Program-made: the position numbers and the translations under genes | Assembly: GCA_039933105.1 (NCBI GenBank) | Contig: JBDTOT010000012.1 | Coordinates: 41,202 to 105,201, forward strand | DNA length: 64,000 nucleotides | DNA from: Gammaproteobacteria bacterium | GTDB lineage: Bacteria > Pseudomonadota > Gammaproteobacteria > Steroidobacterales > Rariloculaceae | Direction of reading: 5' to 3' | Notes under the pieces: generated by a model | The model's input: the letters and a program-made list of their open reading frames with translations, nothing else | What the model was told of the DNA's origin: nothing | The model's database searches: none | Shown: piece after piece, positions 55,889 to 64,000 of the stretch | Numbering within the stretch: position 1 is the stretch's first letter | How the letters are laid out: every line of letters starts with the position of its first letter

Positions 55889-57018
55889 CATGGCGCCATC
55901 AACTTCCTGTGTCCGTGGATCGACGCGAGCATACCGAAACCCGCCATGAGGGTCACCATCGAGGTGCCGCCTGCGCTCACGAGCGGCAGCGGCACGCCGA
56001 CGATGGGCATGAGCCCGGACACCATGCCCGCGTTGACGAATACATAAAAGAAGAACGTCAGCGACAACGCACCCGCCAACAGGCGCGTGAACGTGTCCTG
56101 CGCTTGCAACGCGATGTACAAGCCGCGGCCGACGATCGCGAGATACAACACGATGAGCAACAGCAAGCCGAGCAATCCGAACTCCTCGCCCATGACCGCG
56201 AAGATAAAGTCCGTGGAGCGTTCCGGCAGGAACTCGAGGTGCGCCTGCGTGCCGTTCAGCCAGCCTTTGCCGAACAAGCCGCCGGAGCCGATCGCGATCT
56301 TGGCCTGGATCGTGTTGTACCCCGTGCCGAGCGGGTCCGATTCTGGATTCAGGAACACGAACACGCGCGCGCGCTGGTAGTCGTGCATGTAGTGCCAAAG
56401 CACGGGCGCCGCGCACAACCCCGCGATGGCGACCGCGAGCATGACCCACACGCTGATGCCGGCAAGCAGAATCGTGAGCCCACCCGATGCGATGACGAGC
56501 AATGCCGTTCCGAGATCGGGCTGTTCCGCGATCAAAAAGGCCGGCACGGTGACGATCAGCACCATAGCCACGGTTTGCATGAACGTGGGCGGCAACCGCC
56601 GCTCGTGCATGAACCACGCGACCATCATCGGCGCCGCGAGCTTCAAGATCTCCGACGGCTGAAAACGCACGACGCCGAGATCGAGCCAGCGTTGCGCGCC
56701 CTTGCCAATCTCGCCCTCGACCATGACGACGAGCAATAGCGCCAGCCCTAAGAAGAACACCCACGGCGTGAAGATGCGCAGATAGCGCGGCGGGACCTGC
56801 GACAGCACGAAGAACGCAGCGAGCCCCAGCCCGAAGCGCATGCCCTGGCGCAGCAGCAAACCCAAGTCGGCCCCGAGCGCGCTGTACAGTACGACGCCAC
56901 CGACACCCGCGATCAGGCACAGCAGCACGATCAGCGGCACGTCGACGACGAGCCCGCCGAGCGGCCGCCAGCGCCCGGCGCCCGTCGTGCGACCCCATTC
57001 AAGGTTCGCTAGCGACAT
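55888..57018 (-). CDS. rodA: Rod shape-determining SEDS glycosyltransferase
   Basis: GAQRWL, FQPSEILK, QPDLGT, FLPERSTDFIF, GVPLPLVS. Confidence 0.96.
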   Translation of the reverse strand: MSLANLEWGRTTGAGRWRPLGGLVVDVPLIVLLCLIAGVGGVVLYSALGADLGLLLRQGMRFGLGLAAFFVLSQVPPRYLRIFTPWVFFLGLALLLVVMVEGEIGKGAQRWLDLGVVRFQPSEILKLAAPMMVAWFMHERRLPPTFMQTVAMVLIVTVPAFLIAEQPDLGTALLVIASGGLTILLAGISVWVMLAVAIAGLCAAPVLWHYMHDYQRARVFVFLNPESDPLGTGYNTIQAKIAIGSGGLFGKGWLNGTQAHLEFLPERSTDFIFAVMGEEFGLLGLLLLIVLYLAIVGRGLYIALQAQDTFTRLLAGALSLTFFFYVFVNAGMVSGLMPIVGVPLPLVSAGGTSMVTLMAGFGMLASIHGHRKLMAP

Positions 57019-58921
57019 AGCCCTCCGCGGCGAAATATGCCTCCAGAATCTTGCGCACTACGGGCGCGGCAGCATCCGCACCGAAGCCGCCGTTCTCGAC
57101 GATGACCGCGATGGCAATGCGCGGCTCGTCGGCCGGCGCATAGGCGGTAAACCAGCTGTGATCGCGCAGCCGCTCGTCCACGTCGCCCTCTTTGTATTTT
57201 TCTTCCTGGCCAACCGTGAATACCTGTGCCGTGCCGGTCTTACCGGCCACCTTATAGGTAATGCCCTTCATCGCCGCGCGCCCCGTTCCGTGCGCCTCCG
57301 ACGTGACACCCACCATCGCGTCGCGCACGAAGTCCCAATGCTCCGGGTTGTGGGCGACTCGCGTCAGCGACGCGGGATCGAGATACTTGACCGCACGCGT
57401 GGTGCCATTTTCGATGCCGATCAGAAAGCGCGGCGGGTGCCCTTCGCCGCGCGCAGCCATCGTGGCCTCGGCGTGTGCGAGTTGCAGGGGCGTCACCAAC
57501 ATGTAGCCCTGACCGACGCCGGTGTTCACCGTCTCGCCCAAGTACCAGGTTTGATCCTCTCGGCGCGCGAAGCGTTTCCGCTTCCATTCGGGCGACGGCA
57601 GGATGCCGGATTTCTCGCCTTCGATGTCGAGTCCGGACACGGCGCCGAAACCGAATGCCTTGAGGCCGCTCGCCATGTCATCGATGCCGATCATCGTTGC
57701 GAGTTGGTAGTAGTACACGTCGCACGAACGCACGATCGCGTCGTGCATGTCCACGGGCCCGTGCGTGCCGCCTTTACCTTCGCGGTACCTATGGGTTTGA
57801 CCCGGCAGATGGTACTCGCCGGGGCAGTACACGGGTTTATGCGGATCGATGGTCTCGTGTTCGAGCGCCACGAGCGAGATAAACGGCTTGACGGTAGATC
57901 CCGGCGGATATGTGCCTGCCAGCGCACGATTCACGAGCGGTTTGTCGGCATCCATCGTCAGCGCGTTGTAGTCGGCGCGGCTCAAACCCGCGGCGAACCG
58001 GTTGGGGTCGAACGCGGGAGTGCTCACGAACGCAAGCACATCGCCGTTGCGCGGATCGATTGCGACGGCGGCGCCACGCGCGTCTTTGAGGGCTTCCTGC
58101 GCGGCGAGCTGCAGCCGCATATCGAGCGACAGCACGATGTTGTTGCCGGGCACCGGCGGCTTGCTTTCGAGGCCGCCGATTAAGTTCGAGACGTTTTCGG
58201 CGTGCGCCTTGACGGTAGGGTCGAAAAGTACGCGACCCTGAGCGTTCACCACCTGCTGCCGATAACCGACACGGCCGTGCAGATCGGTTTCGTACGCGCG
58301 CTCGATGCCGGTTTTGCCGATCTGCGACGACGCGGCGTATTCGCTGCGGTCGATGCGCTCGAGATCGGCCAAGCTGATGCTGCCGACGTAGCCGATTGCG
58401 TGTGCGCTGGCCTCGCCGAACGGGTAGTAGCGAGCGAGCGCTTCCTGGATCTCGATGCCGGGGAAGCGGTGTCGGCGCACGGCGAACGTGGCCGCCTGCT
58501 CTTCCGTGAGGTTACTGAGCTTCACGGGCTCGAAACCACGATGCGAGCGGATCAGATCGCGCAGCGCGTTGTGCTCCGATGCGTCGATCAGGTTTAGCTT
58601 CTCGAGCGAGTTCAGCGTCTCCTGGAGATTGTCGATTTCCTCGCCGATTGCGATGAGCTCCCAGCTCGGCTGATTCTCGGCAATCACGATGCCATTGCGG
58701 TCGTAGATCAGGCCGCGATTCGGCGGCAGCGGTTCGATGCGGTAGCGGTTACCCTGCGAGAGCTCGCTGAAGCGCTGGTAGTCGAAGATCTGCAGCTGCA
58801 CGAGCCGCATCGCGAGTAGTCCCGTCAGCAAAAGAATGATGATGCCGGCCGCGATGATGCGCGACAGGAACAGCCGTTGTTCCTGCCAGTGATCCTTCAG
58901 TGCTAGAGACGGCCCGGCCAT
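56999..58921 (-). CDS. mrdA: Penicillin-binding protein 2
   Basis: PPNRGLIYDRNG, YPPGSTVKP, SCDVYYY, GKTGTAQV. Confidence 0.96.
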   Translation of the reverse strand: MAGPSLALKDHWQEQRLFLSRIIAAGIIILLLTGLLAMRLVQLQIFDYQRFSELSQGNRYRIEPLPPNRGLIYDRNGIVIAENQPSWELIAIGEEIDNLQETLNSLEKLNLIDASEHNALRDLIRSHRGFEPVKLSNLTEEQAATFAVRRHRFPGIEIQEALARYYPFGEASAHAIGYVGSISLADLERIDRSEYAASSQIGKTGIERAYETDLHGRVGYRQQVVNAQGRVLFDPTVKAHAENVSNLIGGLESKPPVPGNNIVLSLDMRLQLAAQEALKDARGAAVAIDPRNGDVLAFVSTPAFDPNRFAAGLSRADYNALTMDADKPLVNRALAGTYPPGSTVKPFISLVALEHETIDPHKPVYCPGEYHLPGQTHRYREGKGGTHGPVDMHDAIVRSCDVYYYQLATMIGIDDMASGLKAFGFGAVSGLDIEGEKSGILPSPEWKRKRFARREDQTWYLGETVNTGVGQGYMLVTPLQLAHAEATMAARGEGHPPRFLIGIENGTTRAVKYLDPASLTRVAHNPEHWDFVRDAMVGVTSEAHGTGRAAMKGITYKVAGKTGTAQVFTVGQEEKYKEGDVDERLRDHSWFTAYAPADEPRIAIAVIVENGGFGADAAAPVVRKILEAYFAAEGYVASEP

Positions 58922-58923
58922 GC

Positions 58924-59409
58924 TCAGAGCCTCACCCGTGCTTCGCGGTGGCCACGGTCGAACACGTACGCCAGCGCGAGCCACACGAACGTGCCCGTGA
59001 ACGGTGGCAGCCAGCGCTCAACAAGCGGCACGTTACGGCCGACGATGCCGTCGATCCAAAACAGGATGAACTCGTACAAGCACAGCAGCACGAACACGGT
59101 GATCGCGAGCTGCGACACCGGGAACACGCGAAACCGCAGGTGGAACTTGTCCGCGAGATACACGACCGCCAGCAACGCGAGGGCGTTCTGCCCGAGCAAC
59201 GCGCCAGACAACGTGTCGAGCGCGAGCCCCATCCAGAACGCCGTCAGCAGACTGAACTTGCGCGGCGCCATCAGCGACCAGTAAATCAGCACGACGGCCA
59301 TCCAATCCGGCCGCAGCGGTTCGATGATGTCCGGCAGCGGCAGCACGCCGAGCACGAGCGTCAGCACGAGGCTGATGGCTGGGACCATGAATCCAGTTCT
59401 CGCCGCCAT
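58924..59409 (-). CDS. mreD: Rod shape-determining protein MreD
   Basis: RPDWMAVVLIYW, GLALD..LGQNA. Confidence 0.93.
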   Translation of the reverse strand: MAARTGFMVPAISLVLTLVLGVLPLPDIIEPLRPDWMAVVLIYWSLMAPRKFSLLTAFWMGLALDTLSGALLGQNALALLAVVYLADKFHLRFRVFPVSQLAITVFVLLCLYEFILFWIDGIVGRNVPLVERWLPPFTGTFVWLALAYVFDRGHREARVRL

Positions 59410-60332
59410 CAGTGCGCGTCCGCCACTTTGGCGCCGGCAGGCGCAGCCACCGTGCCGGCAGCGGGTTTGATCTTGGGGTCACCCGGCGCCTTCTCGTCGT
59501 TCCACACGAGCAGCACCTCGCGATCTCGATCGAGCGCAGACACTGGCTCCGCAATGACTTCGGAGAAGGATTGCTCCGGCTGCAGATTCACTTCCACGAC
59601 TCGCCCGACGGGATAGCCGGCCGGAAACACGCCACCGAGGCCCGACGACACGAGCAGATCGCCTTGTTTGATGTCGGCGCTGTTCGTCAGATACGGCAGC
59701 CGCAGGCGCGCACTGTCGCCAGTACCGACGGCGATCGTACGCAAACCGTTGCGATTCACGCTGACCGGCACCGCGGTATCGGCGTCCGTGATTAGCACGG
59801 CTTCGGCGGTGAACGCGTCCACGCGCACGATCTGACCCACGATGCCCTGCGCGTCGAGCAGCGCCTGGCCCACGAACACGCCGTCGGCCGCACCGCGATT
59901 CAAGTCGAAGCGCTGGCGATACGGGTTCAGGTCCACCGAAAGAATTTCAGCGACGAGCGCGCGCAAGCCGACGCGCTCTGTCGAGTCGAGCAATTGTCGC
60001 AGGCGCTCGTTCTCCGTCTCGAGCGCGGCGAGCTGTTGCAGGCGAAATTCAGCTTCAAGCCGCTGGCGCTTCAGCTGCTCGTTTTCCGCGATCAGCGCGG
60101 AGCGTTCCGTGAAGTTGACGCTAGCCGACTGCCACGTGCGAAACGGCAAATCCACGAGCACGCGCACGGGATAGACGACGACGGAAAGTGCTTGGCGCAC
60201 GCGCTGCAGATGCTGCTGGCGTTGATCGAGCATCATGAGCGCAATACACACGATGGCGAGCAGCACGAATCGCACGCCCAGCGAGAACCCGCTTCGCCCG
60301 AGTCCGGCGGCGGCTCTACCTGGGACGCTCAT
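59409..60332 (-). CDS. mreC: Rod shape-determining protein MreC
   Basis: N-terminal TM, ENERLRQLL, SSGLGGVFPAGYPVG. Confidence 0.95.
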   Translation of the reverse strand: MSVPGRAAAGLGRSGFSLGVRFVLLAIVCIALMMLDQRQQHLQRVRQALSVVVYPVRVLVDLPFRTWQSASVNFTERSALIAENEQLKRQRLEAEFRLQQLAALETENERLRQLLDSTERVGLRALVAEILSVDLNPYRQRFDLNRGAADGVFVGQALLDAQGIVGQIVRVDAFTAEAVLITDADTAVPVSVNRNGLRTIAVGTGDSARLRLPYLTNSADIKQGDLLVSSGLGGVFPAGYPVGRVVEVNLQPEQSFSEVIAEPVSALDRDREVLLVWNDEKAPGDPKIKPAAGTVAAPAGAKVADAH

Positions 60333-60372
60333 GCGGTGCTCTCCTACGCGGTTGATGCCTTAGGGGAGGAGA

Positions 60373-61820
<1,448 letters not shown>

Positions 61821-61892
61821 CACCGACGGCCCTGGCTTCAGCGTCGCGAGGCGGCGCGGGCCGGGACGTTGCACTCGACCAGCGACTCACGC

Positions 61893-63350
61893 ATGCACAC
61901 ACGCACATTGGCCCAGCTCTCCGCCGACTTGCGCGCGCGGCGAATGTCGGCAACGGAGGTCACGCAGCACTTCCTGGAGCGCATCGGGCGCCACGATGCG
62001 GCGTTGAACTCGTTCATCACGGTAACGGGCGAGCAAGCGCTCGCGGCGGCGGCGGCCGCTGACAAGCGGCTCGCGAGCGGTGATACCACGCCGCTGACCG
62101 GCTTGCCGATCGCGCACAAAGACATCTTCTGCACCGCGGGCGTGAAGACCTCGTGCGCGTCGAAGATGCTCGACAATTTCGTGGCGCCCTACGACGCCAC
62201 GGTCGTCGAGCGGTTGCAGAACGCCGGCGTCGTGATGCTCGGCAAGACCAACATGGACGAGTTTGCGATGGGCTCGTCGAACGAGACCAGCTTCTACGGG
62301 CCCGTGAAAAATCCTTGGGATCACACGCTCGTGCCCGGCGGCTCGTCAGGCGGCTCGGCCGCCGCGGTCGCGTCGCGCATCGCGCCCGCCGCCACCGGCA
62401 CCGACACCGGCGGCTCGATTCGCCAGCCGGCAGCGCTCACGGGCATCACCGGCATCAAACCGACGTACGGCCGCGTGTCGCGTTACGGCATGATCGCGTT
62501 CGCATCGAGCCTCGATCAAGCCGGCGTACTGACGCAAACGGCCGAAGACGCCGCGTTGCTGCTCGAAGCGATGTCGGGCTACGACGAGCGCGACTCGACG
62601 TCCCTCGACGAGCCCGTGCCGCAATACTCGAAGATCGTGAACGAGCCGTGGGAGAAGATCACGATCGGCGTGCCCGAGAGCTTCTTCGACACAGGGCTCG
62701 ACCCCGACAACGCCACGGCGCTGCGCACGGCATTGAAGGAGCTCGAGAAGCTCGGCGCCACGTTGAAGCCGATCAAGCTCGACTACATCCACCTGTCCGT
62801 GCCCGCCTACTACGTGGTGGCGCCGGCGGAAGCATCATCGAATCTGTCGCGCTTCGACGGCGTGAGGTTCGGCTATCGCTCGGCTGCGAAGGCCGACGAT
62901 CTGCTGGCGTTCTACATGCGCAATCGCGGCGAAGGATTCGGCGCCGAGGTCAAACGGCGAATCCTGACCGGCGCGTACGTGCTGTCAGCCGGTTACTTCG
63001 ACGCGTACTACTTGCAGGCGCAGAAGGTCCGCAAGCTCGTGAGCGACGACTTCACACGCGCGTTCCGCGAAGTCGATTTTGTCGCGGGGCCTACGACGCC
63101 AGCGCCGGCGTTCGGCCTCGGCCAGAAGACCGGCGACCCGATCCAAATGTACTTGAACGACATCTACACGATCGGCGCGAACCTCGCGGGTCTGCCGGCG
63201 ATGTCGTTGCCGTGCGGACTCGTGCGTGGCTTGCCCGTTGGACTGCAACTCGTCGCGCCGCCGTTGCACGAGGCGCAATTGCTGAAGACCGGCCACCACT
63301 TCCAACGCGCAACCGACTGGCACCAGCGCGTGCCGGCGAGTTACGCGTAG
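61893..63350 (+). CDS. gatA: Asp/Glu-tRNA amidotransferase subunit A
   Basis: [47 protein letters not shown]. Confidence 0.97.
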   Translation: MHTRTLAQLSADLRARRMSATEVTQHFLERIGRHDAALNSFITVTGEQALAAAAAADKRLASGDTTPLTGLPIAHKDIFCTAGVKTSCASKMLDNFVAPYDATVVERLQNAGVVMLGKTNMDEFAMGSSNETSFYGPVKNPWDHTLVPGGSSGGSAAAVASRIAPAATGTDTGGSIRQPAALTGITGIKPTYGRVSRYGMIAFASSLDQAGVLTQTAEDAALLLEAMSGYDERDSTSLDEPVPQYSKIVNEPWEKITIGVPESFFDTGLDPDNATALRTALKELEKLGATLKPIKLDYIHLSVPAYYVVAPAEASSNLSRFDGVRFGYRSAAKADDLLAFYMRNRGEGFGAEVKRRILTGAYVLSAGYFDAYYLQAQKVRKLVSDDFTRAFREVDFVAGPTTPAPAFGLGQKTGDPIQMYLNDIYTIGANLAGLPAMSLPCGLVRGLPVGLQLVAPPLHEAQLLKTGHHFQRATDWHQRVPASYA

Positions 63351-63360
63351 CCGTGCCGCC

Positions 63361-64000
63361 ATGACCTGGGAAACAGTAATCGGCCTCGAGATCCACGCGC
63401 AGCTCGCCACGGCAAGCAAGATCTTCTCCGGAGCGTCTACGAAATACGGTGCGTCGCCAAACACACAGGCGAGCCTCGTCGACCTCGGCTACCCGGGCGT
63501 ACTGCCCGTGTTGAACGGCCAGGCCGTGACGATGGCCGTAAAGTTCGGCCTCGCGACCGGCTGCGAAGTAGCGCGACGTTCGGTGTTCGCGCGAAAGAAC
63601 TACTTCTACCCCGATTTGCCGAAGGGCTACCAGATCAGCCAGTACGAGCTGCCGATCGTGCATACCGGTCACGTGGACGTGCGGCTCGAGGACGGCAGCA
63701 CGCGACGCGTGACCATCGTGCGCGCGCACCTCGAGGAAGACGCAGGCAAGTCGCTGCACGAGGATTTCGCCGGCATGTCGGGCATCGACTTGAACCGTGC
63801 CGGCACGGCCCTGCTCGAGATCGTGTCGGCGCCCGATCTGCGTACCGCGCAGGAAGCGGGCGCCTACATGCGCAAAATTCATGCGCTCGTGCGCTACCTC
63901 GAGATCTGCGACGGCAACCTGCAGGAAGGCTCGTTCCGCTGCGACGCGAACGTCTCCGTGCGCCGCATGGGCGACACGAAGCTCGGCACCCGCACGGAGC
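63361..64000 (+). CDS. gatB: Asp/Glu-tRNA amidotransferase subunit B (runs off window end)
   Basis: [52 protein letters not shown]. Confidence 0.97.
   Translation, partial: MTWETVIGLEIHAQLATASKIFSGASTKYGASPNTQASLVDLGYPGVLPVLNGQAVTMAVKFGLATGCEVARRSVFARKNYFYPDLPKGYQISQYELPIVHTGHVDVRLEDGSTRRVTIVRAHLEEDAGKSLHEDFAGMSGIDLNRAGTALLEIVSAPDLRTAQEAGAYMRKIHALVRYLEICDGNLQEGSFRCDANVSVRRMGDTKLGTRTE

Noticed and set aside
55892-56998. N-terminal extension of the 743-aa mltB ORF suggesting a fusion
   Set aside because: Out-of-frame overlap with rodA, Arg/Ala-rich junk; MltB signal peptide begins near 55888.

Overview
GC-rich bacterial chromosomal window, most likely a Gammaproteobacterium (inferred from the mreBCD-mrdA-rodA-mltB-rlpA-dacA-ybeD-lipB order divergent from gatCAB). 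Left to right: (1) small stress/envelope genes and exported enzymes, including a 24-aa ORF missing from the ORF track; (2) a ~13-kb urea operon (porin-urtABCDE-Ni permease-ureDABCEFG) behind a consensus sigma-54 promoter with NtrC-like boxes, interrupted between urtD and urtE by two head-to-head long hairpin elements that share a 52-nt core but have unrelated arms; (3) an E1a/E1b/E2 2-oxoacid (or acetoin) dehydrogenase plus hydroxyacid dehydrogenase operon; (4) a run of mostly exported redox and hydrolase genes; (5) a mosaic accessory region (~32-45.5 kb) downstream of tRNA-Arg(ACG), with a GGDEF/EAL gene, a decayed serine recombinase, S1/P1 nuclease, SoxC-like/cytochrome c pair, Mo-oxidoreductase, gene fragments, a partial tRNA 3'-end duplicate and a HigBA-like TA pair; (6) alr, a PMI-like gene, an 898-aa coiled-coil protein with 28-aa repeats plus a membrane protein; (7) the Rod/cell-wall cluster and gatCAB. 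All calls come from reading motifs by eye; no database searches or folding programs were run.
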